50,708 nt of DNA from positions 1 to 50,708 of the IMG/VR virus record IMGVR_UViG_3300043414_000745; one strand, given 5' to 3'. The stretch's first letter is position 1, and each line of letters begins with the position of its first letter. Of the stretch, positions 26,632 through 35,740 are shown one piece after another. Source of the stretch: a virus (Duplodnaviria; Caudoviricetes). The position numbers were made by a program, and so were the translations under genes. The notes below the pieces were generated by a model. That model worked only from the letters and a program-made list of their open reading frames with translations. It ran no database searches and was not told the DNA's origin.

Positions 26632-26727
26632 GTTTTATTTTATCTAATGTGTTGACTTGATTGGGATGTTTCCGGTCGCGCGACCTTAGAACATTTCACC
26701 GCTTGCCAACCTGCGGTAAAGCGATAG

Positions 26728-26744
26728 AGCTTTTGAAATGCCAA
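26728..26744 (-). promoter_or_regulatory. Sigma54-type promoter candidate
   Basis: Minus strand TTGGCATTTCAAAAGCT; shares the downstream AAAGCTCTAT(T)CGCTTTA with the rpoN promoter. Confidence 0.85.
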
Positions 26745-26759
26745 GTTATTTTTAGCATT

Positions 26760-26812
26760 AAAAAAACTCCACAAAGAGAAGCCCTCCGTGAAGGGCTTGT
26801 GCTTTGTGGAGT
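26760..26812 (-). terminator. Intrinsic terminator
   Basis: ACTCCACAAAG..AAGCCCT/AGGGCTT..CTTTGTGGAGT with a minus-strand T tract. Confidence 0.8.
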
Positions 26813-26984
26813 CTTATTTAGTTACCGCCGAGGATCTGTCCGATCTCCTCTGGCGATAAGTGAAAGTCAACGAAAGACAATGAGGTATGTCTTATGTGAT
26901 TGACATAGTCATGTATGTTGTTTGATTTACATACAGGAACAAGGCAATAGTGGAATGTGCCGTCTAGTGATTTAATAATTACTA

Positions 26985-27245
26985 TCATGCATCTTTGATT
27001 GTTATGTTGGTTGTACCCGTTTGAAAAGATCGGCCGTTCGTGCCCTTTGCAGAGCGAGCCGTGACACGCTTATGCACCTTGAATGCATCAGGATGCATTG
27101 GCTGCACCGAGCCGCCTGTCTTGTGGCCGAAGTTGAGAGCGCCTTTGTAAGACCATTGTGGAGCGCATTTAATGCAGCGATCAAAGCCTAATGCTTTCCG
27201 GTCGATGTCGATTAGTTGTAGACATCTCAAACATCTATTAGTCAT
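26985..27245 (-). CDS. C4 zinc-finger protein (DksA/TraR-like finger spacing)
   Basis: RCLRC..LIDIDRKALG..RCIKCA. Confidence 0.65.
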   Translation of the reverse strand: MTNRCLRCLQLIDIDRKALGFDRCIKCAPQWSYKGALNFGHKTGGSVQPMHPDAFKVHKRVTARSAKGTNGRSFQTGTTNITIKDA

Positions 27246-27248
27246 ATC

Positions 27249-27383
27249 TTAAAACTCCTCATAACGTCCCATATCCCATGCACTCGAATCATCACTAACG
27301 GCCTCATCACCGTAGAGGCGAAGTTCGGCCTGTATTTCTTCGAGTTCGTCTGGTTGTTTATCTTGTGGTTCTTTGTCAGGCAT
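27249..27383 (-). CDS. Small acidic protein, 44 aa (not in ORF track)
   Basis: MPDKEPQDKQPDELEEIQAELRLYGDEAVSDDSSAWDMGRYEEF; tiles between a terminator and the next gene. Confidence 0.55.
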   Translation of the reverse strand: MPDKEPQDKQPDELEEIQAELRLYGDEAVSDDSSAWDMGRYEEF

Positions 27384-27395
27384 AATTTTTAACGC

Positions 27396-27430
27396 AAAAA
27401 AACCTTGTGCTCTTTGAAGAACACAAGGTT
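27396..27430 (-). terminator. Intrinsic terminator
   Basis: AACCTTGTGTTCTT/AAGAGCACAAGGTT stem on the minus strand followed by a T tract. Confidence 0.8.
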
Positions 27431-27497
27431 ATTGTTATATTATACTATCAAACTACTATCAAACTACTCGATCAAGGCACAACGCTGGCGCGTTGTG

Positions 27498-27686
27498 TTA
27501 ATTAGCCGCAAGCTCCATAACGTTATTCATTACGGATGTTCCGTATCTCCTGCTAAACGCTTCTAATTCACTATCATCTAGTGAGTTGACGTAAAGTATA
27601 CACGCGTTAATTGCTAGTGCTTCTTCGGGAAGCATTGTATCATTTAACACTGCAGTTTTTAAGATTTCTGTAATTTTGTTTTTCAT
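27498..27686 (-). CDS. Hypothetical protein
   Basis: Short AT-rich ORF MKNKITEILK... Confidence 0.5.
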   Translation of the reverse strand: MKNKITEILKTAVLNDTMLPEEALAINACILYVNSLDDSELEAFSRRYGTSVMNNVMELAAN

Positions 27687-27802
27687 ATTAATTATCAAAG
27701 CAAACGATTGCTTTTACGAAATACCAAAGTGCAATGAACATTACAACGGAACCGATTGTGGCGATAATTATCTCGCCTAGTTTGTGTTGTTTGTTTGTCA
27801 TA

Positions 27803-28030
27803 TTAGATCCAATCTATACGTGAGAGTTTAACTAAGGAAGACGATACTGCGAAAGTGCCTTTCATGCGCCAAGCACGTGCCTTGTGGCATGAGTGATTGT
27901 CTTTCTTTGCAGCACGTTTGGACGTGTACTTTATAGCAAGCTTGTTGAGAAGCTTTGTGGCTTGTGATGCGCGGAGATGAGTTTGAGCCTGCAATGATTT
28001 ATCAAATGCGGCAGTCGGATTGGAACGCAT
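27803..28030 (-). CDS. Hypothetical basic protein (start uncertain)
   Basis: MRSNPTAAFDK... within ORF 27803..28132. Confidence 0.45.
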   Translation of the reverse strand: MRSNPTAAFDKSLQAQTHLRASQATKLLNKLAIKYTSKRAAKKDNHSCHKARAWRMKGTFAVSSSLVKLSRIDWI

Positions 28031-28556
28031 AGTTTCTAGGATTTGACGGTGGGAATTGAGAGGATAACTTAGAGGATAAGAGAAGAAAAGAAGACTACAG
28101 AGGATAATCAAATCCCAGAAACTATGCGTCATTGTGTGGTAAGTTCTTCGCGCCTATTTATAAATAGGTTAGCAAATAGTAACCCACACATAACGCTTTT
28201 GTGTCTAATGTTGTGTCTGCAACAATATCACATAAGAGCTTGCGTGTTGTGTTGGCTCGTGACGTAACGACTCACGTCGAATAGCTATTGTACAACAGAG
28301 GGAAGCAGGCCAGTTTTGCTAGACGTGAAAAGTGCATGGACTATGCGTGAACGTCTAGACGCTGGATCGGTTTTGCTTGTGGTTTGTGTCCGGTGTAACG
28401 CGAACAACTAACAAGCAAACCATGCAAAGCGTGACGCTTCCGCGAGATTGTGGCTTGTGATGCTTGTGTCTCGCGAGTATAAATCACGGACAGGCCGCAC
28501 AAGTGACACTTGGCTTTGCAAATATGTAAAAAGAAACGCTACACGACAGAATAAAT

Positions 28557-28611
28557 CCGGGCAGCAAAAAGGAAGGCTCTTTGACCAGAGCCTTCGTGTT
28601 TTGCTGTCTGG
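28557..28611. terminator. Long hairpin/terminator after the first early gene
   Basis: CCGGGCAGCAAAA..GAAGGCTCT ttgacc AGAGCCTTC..TTTTGCTGTCTGG. Confidence 0.75.
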
Positions 28612-28613
28612 CG

Positions 28614-28925
28614 TTATTCGATAGCGTTGACGGCCTTGACTGCTGCAACGGCTTTCAGGTGAGCAAGGAAAGCCTCTTCCATGGCCGCAAGGGCAACAAG
28701 CCGTTGGTAATCCTTGCGGATAGCCGTTGGAATGATCGCGGCCGTTTTCCAAACTGTTCCGGTGACACGGGCACGGGCAGCTGCACGGCCTTTGTCCGAA
28801 GCCGCATCGGAAATAAATTTTTCGGCATCGGTGACTGCATTACCGCTTTCAGCCATAAAGGCCGTCACTGCCCGGGCTTGGTCAACGAAAGGCAGAGTTT
28901 GGTAGTTTTTGGAGTCAATGGTCAT
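28614..28925 (-). CDS. First leftward (putative immediate-early) protein, Ala-rich
   Basis: MTIDSKNY..., 103 aa; flanked by a promoter candidate and a terminator. Confidence 0.7.
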   Translation of the reverse strand: MTIDSKNYQTLPFVDQARAVTAFMAESGNAVTDAEKFISDAASDKGRAAARARVTGTVWKTAAIIPTAIRKDYQRLVALAAMEEAFLAHLKAVAAVKAVNAIE

Positions 28926-29061
28926 ATTAGTGTGAGTTAGTGCCTGCCCGTCTAGCGGGCTTTTTGTTAAAATTGACTGGTCACTTTTCAACAGGTCGCA
29001 AAAAGCGAGTGAAAAAACGAGACTGTCAACCTGTTGCGCTATCGCACAACGAGACCAGTGC

Positions 29062-29078
29062 AGCACTCACGATGCCAA
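29062..29078 (-). promoter_or_regulatory. Sigma54-type promoter candidate for the first early gene
   Basis: Minus strand TTGGCATCGTGAGTGCT. Confidence 0.75.
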
Positions 29079-29131
29079 CCGGCCAAAACGCCAAAACCCC
29101 AATGAATAACGATAACGTAAAATTCACAGAA

Positions 29132-29219
29132 TGCGTGAGATTCACGCACCATGCGTCAAATTCACGCTTTAACGTTATTCATTGGCATTTAACGCCTATA
29201 AATGCGTCAAATTCACGCA
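29132..29219. promoter_or_regulatory. Three 17-bp palindromic sites, putative enhancer (UAS)
   Basis: TGCGTGAGATTCACGCA (29132), TGCGTCAAATTCACGCT (29152), TGCGTCAAATTCACGCA (29203). Confidence 0.7.
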
Positions 29220-29639
29220 TAACGCATAAACGCACAGAAAGGGCCCGCCAGCGCGTTTTCCCTTCAAATGGCTATCTACACTCCAAAACGCTATCAAAAC
29301 GCCTAGAAACAGGCTTTAAACGCCAGCAAACGCTATTCACGGCAACAGACGACAAGGCAAAACACAAGAAAACAAGTGTAAACGATCCCAGGTAAACATT
29401 ACACTTGTAATCTTGTCAACCAGCAGAGCAAAAAAGCGCAGAAAACAGGGAAAACAGGCTCTTAACTCAGTTAAAACGATAATTGTAATATAATATGGTT
29501 AATGCACTTGGCATGGGGGGTACCCATTTATTTTTTATATTATATACTATATATTAACCTTAACCAACAAGACGATACGTTATTCAAGCTAATAAAGACA
29601 CAAGCCCAATTTACCCAATAGGCAATAACCATATTAAAG

Positions 29640-29825
29640 TGTCAAATTTAGTGTTTTACACCCGCCAAACTCACTAAATTAGTGTTTAACATATCCTTTT
29701 ACTATAGTATTATTCAACTATACAATCAATCACTCATATTTAAATACAATAACCGCTATCCTAATAGCCCTATTGTATTTCAATAGCCGCTATTGTACAA
29801 CAAGCCCTATCCTAATACAACAACG
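29640..29825. repeat. Degenerate direct repeats in an AT-rich tract (origin or packaging-site candidate)
   Basis: AAATT(T)AGTGTTT twice; CTATCCTAATA twice; CTATTGTA twice. Confidence 0.55.
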
Positions 29826-29922
29826 AAGGCCCGTAATTTTCGCGCGATGTCCGAACATGACCGCTTCCACATTTTATACATTTTTTGGGGTTTAAAAGTG
29901 TATTGTTTTATTGTTTGTTTTA

Positions 29923-29938
29923 TGGCATTAGACAAGCT
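29923..29938 (+). promoter_or_regulatory. Sigma54-type promoter candidate for the packaging operon
   Basis: TGGCATTAGACAAGCT, 15 nt before the terS ATG. Confidence 0.8.
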
Positions 29939-29952
29939 TTAGCCCTTTTATA

Positions 29953-30519
29953 ATGAGTGACCTAATGATGCGTAATCAGATTTTGGGGTTAAGGCGGGCC
30001 GGAATGTCTGTTGAAGAGATTTCTGTGGCGCTTGAGATAGACGTTATGGTGGTTAAGCTTGCCTTGGAGGCGCCAGGTGGAAGCGTGGCTGTGAGGAAAG
30101 AAGCCCGTGCGGAAAAAGAAGAAGACATAACCGACGACGTATCCGAACAAGAAGCTAAGGAGATGATGGGCATCATCAAGAACATAGCGCGCGACGAAGA
30201 GAGCGGCGTATATGCCCGGCTGAACGCGGCTAAGTATGCGCACGGCGCCAAGCGAGGTTATCATAAGCGGCATCTGGATATGAACGTAGGCTCGGGCGAA
30301 TTGCTGCTTAAGATCAACGAAGCCTATATGTCCGCGTCTATGCGTGCACGGGCAGCCTTAACTGGCCAATCACTTACCGCCAAAGAACTCACCGTCATAG
30401 AGGCCCCAATAACCGTAGAGGCGAACGCTGTAGAACCTATTGTAGAACCCCAGCTAATCGATCAGACTACGCAATCACAGCCTGCGGCGCTGAATCCCGG
30501 CCCTTTAAAATATGATTAA
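29953..30519 (+). CDS. Putative terminase small subunit
   Basis: N-terminal HTH (LRRAGMSVEEISVALEI); overlaps the terL start. Confidence 0.65.
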   Translation: MSDLMMRNQILGLRRAGMSVEEISVALEIDVMVVKLALEAPGGSVAVRKEARAEKEEDITDDVSEQEAKEMMGIIKNIARDEESGVYARLNAAKYAHGAKRGYHKRHLDMNVGSGELLLKINEAYMSASMRARAALTGQSLTAKELTVIEAPITVEANAVEPIVEPQLIDQTTQSQPAALNPGPLKYD

Positions 30520-32296
30520 GACTCCCATCTCAGCCGACACACTTAAGTTAGTTCAAGCGCGCCGTTCCTTAGAAGCAGAGAAAGCAGCGGATAAAGCGCG
30601 TGCAAGAGAGGCCAAGAAGAAAGCCACAGACGTTCCTGAACTCGCGGCTAAGGTGGGTCTGGAAGTGATTGCAGATTCTACAGCAGAACCTGCTAAAAAC
30701 AAACGCTACATAGCCCATCAGATCGATACCCCGGCGGATCTTCTTCTCGCTCACCGGCCGGATCTGAAGCTATATAGATGGCAGGCTGAGACGCTCTTTC
30801 AACTCGCAGGATACACAGATATCAATGACCTCGATAAGCCCAAAGAAAGACCCACCGACAAGACTCCGCTATACTACAACCTTGTCGCAGCTAACGGCAG
30901 CGGAAAAGATCAGGTTGTTATTAGTGCCTTCGCTGTCTGGTTTTGCCTTTCCAAAGTCCGTTCTCGATGCGTCATTACGTCATCTTCGTACGAGCAGCTT
31001 AAAGATCAGACGTACAAGTACATAAAGAATATCTGTGAAGAGATCAATGCGTCCTATGGCCGGAAGGTATTTGAGATCGTAGAGTTCCTCATTACGTGCA
31101 ACGATACCGGCTCTGAGATCAAATGCTTCGTGACAGATGATCCAGGCAAAGCCGAAGGGCGACATCCGTTCGACGAGGCGGGCGCAGAGATGGCTGTGAT
31201 CGTAAACGAAGCTAAATCTATCACAGACGAAATGTTCCAAGCCTTCTCGCGTTTCACAGGCTATAATTATTGGCTCGAAATCTCCTCGCCCGGCAAGAAC
31301 TCTGGGCACTTTTTCAAGCGCTGTACGCGGGCTAAGAAAGCCTTTCCTGACCCGCTCGAAATAGGCGAGTTTTACTGGCGTCGTGTCACGGCATTCGACT
31401 GCCCGCATCTTCTCGGCAAACACATTGAGCATCTTAAGGACGAACACGGTGAACAATCCCTTATCTATCGAAGTCAAGTACTGGCTGAGTTTACCTCACT
31501 CGACGAAGCTGCATTCATCTCTTCAACGCTCTTCGAGAATTACCCAAACAATCCACCGCGTACATTTGGATTGCCCAATCGAGCGGGCATCGATCTATCG
31601 CTCGGCGGCGACGAGACTGTGGCGTACTTCTTTATCCATGGAAAATTCCACTTACGAACAACAAAGATTCGTAACGAGGCAATTCTCCACAATCAGATCA
31701 TCAGTTGGATTAAAGAATTCAACGTCACGCCCTCTAACGTATTCATTGACGATGGTGGTCTGGGGCGACCAATCGTGCAGCGTGTGCAAAATGCGGGTTA
31801 TGATGTCGTGCCGGTACGAAACGAAGCCCGATCAAGTAACCCGCATTTCTACAAGAACAGAGGCGTTGAAAACTGGAATCGTATTAAGCGTGCTCTTGAA
31901 GACCGTGCGTTTCCTGTCATCAGCGACGATCTTACTCGCCAACAGCTTTGCACGCGCGGCTTCTCTGTTAAGGGAATCGTTACGCTTTTAGAGCCCAAAG
32001 CTGAGATGCGCTCTCGCGGCTTAAGTTCACCTGACAGAGCAGACGCTCTCGCGCTCTGTTTTGACAGCATTCCTCTGTCGGTTTTCAAGGAAGACATTCT
32101 ACACACGACAGAGCCCGCGAGTAGGTTTGCTGAGCTGCTAGAAAAGAACAAGAAAGGACCTCTGACGTTTGATGAAAAGACAGAGCTCACAATTCTCTGG
32201 GGTGAGATGACACACAGACCGGCACAAGAAACGCTAAATTCGGCTGAGCCGCGTGAAGAATTACGTGGGCAGTATCATCAATTCATAACCACATAA
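30512..32296 (+). CDS. terL: Terminase large subunit
   Basis: YRWQ, AANGSGKD, VIVNEAK (Walker B variant), ISSPG, GIDLSLGGDET, IDDGGLG, SPDRADALAL. Confidence 0.92.
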   Translation: MIKTPISADTLKLVQARRSLEAEKAADKARAREAKKKATDVPELAAKVGLEVIADSTAEPAKNKRYIAHQIDTPADLLLAHRPDLKLYRWQAETLFQLAGYTDINDLDKPKERPTDKTPLYYNLVAANGSGKDQVVISAFAVWFCLSKVRSRCVITSSSYEQLKDQTYKYIKNICEEINASYGRKVFEIVEFLITCNDTGSEIKCFVTDDPGKAEGRHPFDEAGAEMAVIVNEAKSITDEMFQAFSRFTGYNYWLEISSPGKNSGHFFKRCTRAKKAFPDPLEIGEFYWRRVTAFDCPHLLGKHIEHLKDEHGEQSLIYRSQVLAEFTSLDEAAFISSTLFENYPNNPPRTFGLPNRAGIDLSLGGDETVAYFFIHGKFHLRTTKIRNEAILHNQIISWIKEFNVTPSNVFIDDGGLGRPIVQRVQNAGYDVVPVRNEARSSNPHFYKNRGVENWNRIKRALEDRAFPVISDDLTRQQLCTRGFSVKGIVTLLEPKAEMRSRGLSSPDRADALALCFDSIPLSVFKEDILHTTEPASRFAELLEKNKKGPLTFDEKTELTILWGEMTHRPAQETLNSAEPREELRGQYHQFITT

Positions 32297-32299
32297 CTA

Positions 32300-32572
32300 A
32301 TGGATAACATCGACGAGTTTCTAGCCAGTCTTTCTCCTGAAGAAACCAAATATCTGCATGAGAAAATCATGGCAGGTGAACAGGGCGAAGACATGACCGC
32401 TGAGATGGAAGAGCCTAACGCTTCCGAAAGCGACGAATACACCAATGGCAAGGGCCCGAACAACGAGGCCAAAGGTGAAAACTCTACCGTGCCCAAGGCG
32501 CTCGCTAAGAGTGTCGTTAAGGGTAAGAACATTCCTCTCAAGGAATCAGAAATGTTCGACGAGGAAGAATAA
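32300..32572 (+). CDS. Acidic hypothetical protein
   Basis: 90 aa between terL and the portal candidate. Confidence 0.7.
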   Translation: MDNIDEFLASLSPEETKYLHEKIMAGEQGEDMTAEMEEPNASESDEYTNGKGPNNEAKGENSTVPKALAKSVVKGKNIPLKESEMFDEEE

Positions 32573-32584
32573 CTTTCAATCATC

Positions 32585-34393
32585 ATGGACAACGAACCGC
32601 AAAACAAATCTGAGACATCCGCTATCTTAGAGCAAGCCGGTCAAAAAAACCTGCTTGATCTTCCGACGGCGAGCATGTTGTTCAGTCAGTACATTTCATC
32701 GCATGGTTCCGTAGAAGCGACTACGATCACCAATCGGCGCCTGCGCTCAAATAAGGCTGACGTTGAACGGATGCGTTCGGCGGGTCTTCTCCAAGAAAAT
32801 CAGACGTTCATTGGTGTACGCCTCATTCACCAAAATATCAATCAGACGTTGCCTCCGTTGCTTTCGTACTTGAAGCAATCCCCACGGATGGCGACGTTTG
32901 TTCCCGGCGACAACGCTTATCTCGATGCAGAGTTTACGCGTGTTCTGCAATATCCTAGTTGGGAAGTTCCCTTTATCGAAGTGCTAGATGGGGCTGAGCT
33001 TAACGGTCTCGGTTACATGATGGTCAAGGCCGACAACACTAAGCTCGGTGGTGTGTCGATGGAGACTATCGCGTTTAACGACATCGTTTATGATCGGCGT
33101 CTGCGTTCGATTCAAGATAGCCCGGCGATTCTTGTTAAGCACGTGCTGACGGCCGTGACGTTCTATCATTGGGACTCGTTCGAAAACTTCGATAAGAACA
33201 GTGATGCATACAGCGCAATCACTAAGCGGCTCCTCTCGACCGAAGTCAACAACGTAGGCGATGATCTTGTGATCTATGAGACCTTCGTAAAGGTCAACGG
33301 ATTTGTCTATCGTGGCTGGTATTATAAGGATTCAAGACAATGGCTCAAGCAGCCTTTGCCGTTTAGCAACGGGATCGAAGAGAAAGTGCCTGAAGTCAAC
33401 ATCGATCCGACCGCGATGATGACTGAGCCGACCTATGTCAACAAGCCCGTTCACCTGACCTATTACCCAATAGCGTGCAAGCACAATCAGATCGTAGAAA
33501 ATCGCAAGCACGATGAAGTAGAAGGGCGGGCGCTCAATGACTATCACAAGCAAGAAGCTGCCACGACCTTGATGACTGCGGCGGTCAACGGATGTACTCA
33601 AGCAGCCAACACAATGTGGTCGCCAGATGGTACGAATCTCGACGGAGCAGCGCCCGCGCAGCTTCAGTTCAAGATCAAGAACAATGCGATCTGGAAGACT
33701 CCTATGCGAGCCTTCACATCACCGTGGCCCGACCCCATGATTTTTAAGGGGATCGAGACCATTGTGCAACAGAACGCAATGGAGACCAATCAGGTCGCAT
33801 GGGCTGTCAATAATCGCAAAGACTCACGCAAGACCGCGACTGAGATCGATGCGGCTCAGCAGCAACAGAGCATGCTCACTGGCACGGATGCGTTAGTGTT
33901 CAGCATCTTCCTTCGTGACACACTCACTATGGCGTGGCCCGTGGTCCAAAGCGCCGCAAAGAAAGGCTCGATCAAGTTTCTCGTAGAGATCTCTGACCCG
34001 GCCGAAAAAGAAGCGCTGCTCAACGTCAACTTCGAAGTCAAGCCCGCCGGTGACATCGACTTCATCGAGAAGCAGCAGCGCATTAGCAATCTCCAACAAG
34101 ACATGCCTTTATTCCAAGGGCAGCCGATCGGTCAAGAGATGCTGAAGGAATACGTGCGTCTTCGTTATCCGGAGAAGTACGATCAGTGGTCGAAGGTTAT
34201 GATGCAGGGCAATGACGTGCAACTTATCCAAGGCCTAGCGCAAGCTCTCCAAGCAACCGTGACCGACGAAGCGACCGGCCAGCTCAAGCCTGAGTTCCAG
34301 CAAGAAGCCCAGTCGCTACAGCAACTACAGCAAGCGGTACAGCAACGCTTGTCTCAGCAACCGCCTCCGCAAAATGGAACCAAGCAAGGCTAG
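32585..34393 (+). CDS. Portal protein (P22/T7-like)
   Basis: 602 aa after terL; RKTATEI motif; Gln-rich C-terminal barrel-like tail. Confidence 0.8.
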   Translation: MDNEPQNKSETSAILEQAGQKNLLDLPTASMLFSQYISSHGSVEATTITNRRLRSNKADVERMRSAGLLQENQTFIGVRLIHQNINQTLPPLLSYLKQSPRMATFVPGDNAYLDAEFTRVLQYPSWEVPFIEVLDGAELNGLGYMMVKADNTKLGGVSMETIAFNDIVYDRRLRSIQDSPAILVKHVLTAVTFYHWDSFENFDKNSDAYSAITKRLLSTEVNNVGDDLVIYETFVKVNGFVYRGWYYKDSRQWLKQPLPFSNGIEEKVPEVNIDPTAMMTEPTYVNKPVHLTYYPIACKHNQIVENRKHDEVEGRALNDYHKQEAATTLMTAAVNGCTQAANTMWSPDGTNLDGAAPAQLQFKIKNNAIWKTPMRAFTSPWPDPMIFKGIETIVQQNAMETNQVAWAVNNRKDSRKTATEIDAAQQQQSMLTGTDALVFSIFLRDTLTMAWPVVQSAAKKGSIKFLVEISDPAEKEALLNVNFEVKPAGDIDFIEKQQRISNLQQDMPLFQGQPIGQEMLKEYVRLRYPEKYDQWSKVMMQGNDVQLIQGLAQALQATVTDEATGQLKPEFQQEAQSLQQLQQAVQQRLSQQPPPQNGTKQG

Positions 34394-34577
34394 TTGGATT
34401 CGTTGGGCTAATAGCGTGGAGACTCTACATCTCCTCGCTTGGCTTTCTGAAGAACAAAACAGAAAGCTTAAGAGCGCAATGATTAAAGCATGTGGAAATC
34501 TTTCCACACAAGAAGATCTCCTTCGAGCTAAAACTCTCGAAGACATTAAACAACACATCGCAGAACTCCAGCAATAA
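34374..34577 (+). CDS. Small hypothetical protein
   Basis: 67 aa between portal and scaffold candidates. Confidence 0.65.
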   Translation: MEPSKASWIRWANSVETLHLLAWLSEEQNRKLKSAMIKACGNLSTQEDLLRAKTLEDIKQHIAELQQ

Positions 34578-34582
34578 ATCCT

Positions 34583-35713
34583 ATGGATATCACATCCCCA
34601 GTCAGTACGCCGTCACCTAGCACACCGATCAACATCAACAGCGGACCCTCAAGCGCACCGCTGCCGCCGAAGCCGTCGACCTCGTTGCCCGATCAAGACA
34701 TCTCTCTTGATTTTGACAACAACGACTCAACGTCTTTTGATGTTAATAAACTAATACCCAAGCCCGAGCCTAAAGAGGCCGTAGAAGATAACACAGATGA
34801 CACCCAGCCCGCGGAAGAGCAAGATCCTTTCGATCTTCCTAAGGATGTTTCCGAGGCCATCAAATCTACCAAGCCTAAAGATACCACAACGCCCGAGACG
34901 AAGGTCGAAGCGAAACTCGAAACGACAACTCAACAAGGTCGCGACTATAACAACCTGCCAGACGAAGTTGTCTCGGTGCTGAAGAAGCTTCCGAATCAAA
35001 CTTACAACGCGGTCCGTGATCAGTTGCCTAAGTGGTACGAAGCCTTCAAGAAACAGGCTGAGATTCCCAAGCACTATACCCAGCATCCTGAAGCTTATAA
35101 GCTAGATAAGCAATACACGCAGGTTCAGACTGATCTAGAGACAGATCGGTTTGAAGTAGGCTCGTTGAAGAATGCTTTGATCGCGATCAAGCAGAATAAA
35201 CCCTTTGATCTTCTTACAGGTTATGATGCTCAAGGTGATCCCGTGTTTAAGACCGTGCAGCCTAACCGCGACGGACACGATCCCTCGATCGAGTTCGAGC
35301 TTTCTGAAGCGTATCGCAGAGCGCAGGCGAACTACGAGAAATCCTTCACAGGCTTTAAGACATTCCCCGATCGCTATAAGGCAAAGATTGCAGAAGAGCG
35401 TGAGTTTATCAATAGCACCTATAAGAAAATCTTCAAGGACATTGATCCTGACAAACTTACACCTGAAGAGAAGAACTATGCGCCGCTCCTAGAGAAGATC
35501 ATACCCGATAGCGTGACCGCAGAGGATGCACGCAAGATTGCTCACTATGCGATGATTGGCAACCTGCGCATGGCTAAGTCCTTCCAAAGCTATATTGCCC
35601 AGCAGAAACAAAAGCCCGGCAAGATTCCGCTTCCGAGCGCTGGCCCAATGGGAAGATCAATAGGCGGCGAAGACATTCCGCTCAAAGAAGGGGATATGTT
35701 CGGAGATGACTAA
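34583..35713 (+). CDS. Putative capsid scaffolding protein
   Basis: Disordered acidic Pro/Thr-rich N-terminus, helical remainder; directly before the capsid gene. Confidence 0.65.
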   Translation: MDITSPVSTPSPSTPININSGPSSAPLPPKPSTSLPDQDISLDFDNNDSTSFDVNKLIPKPEPKEAVEDNTDDTQPAEEQDPFDLPKDVSEAIKSTKPKDTTTPETKVEAKLETTTQQGRDYNNLPDEVVSVLKKLPNQTYNAVRDQLPKWYEAFKKQAEIPKHYTQHPEAYKLDKQYTQVQTDLETDRFEVGSLKNALIAIKQNKPFDLLTGYDAQGDPVFKTVQPNRDGHDPSIEFELSEAYRRAQANYEKSFTGFKTFPDRYKAKIAEEREFINSTYKKIFKDIDPDKLTPEEKNYAPLLEKIIPDSVTAEDARKIAHYAMIGNLRMAKSFQSYIAQQKQKPGKIPLPSAGPMGRSIGGEDIPLKEGDMFGDD

Positions 35714-35724
35714 AAATAACACGC

Positions 35725-35740
35725 TGGCATATCGTTAGCA
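35725..35740 (+). promoter_or_regulatory. Sigma54-type promoter candidate for the capsid operon
   Basis: TGGCATATCGTTAGCA in the scaffold-capsid gap. Confidence 0.85.

Noticed and set aside
27444-27468. Tandem repeat ACTATCAAACT twice
   Set aside because: Short two-copy duplication with no supporting context
27474-27490. GG-N10-GC motif AAGGCACAACGCTGGCG
   Set aside because: Lacks TGG and points antisense to the surrounding genes; likely chance
28940-29395. 151-aa plus-strand ORF in the control region
   Set aside because: GTG start, no motifs, and it overlaps the promoter and palindromic sites
29508-29525. Additional sigma54 promoter TTGGCATGGGGGGTACC
   Set aside because: AC instead of GC at -12 and no gene immediately downstream
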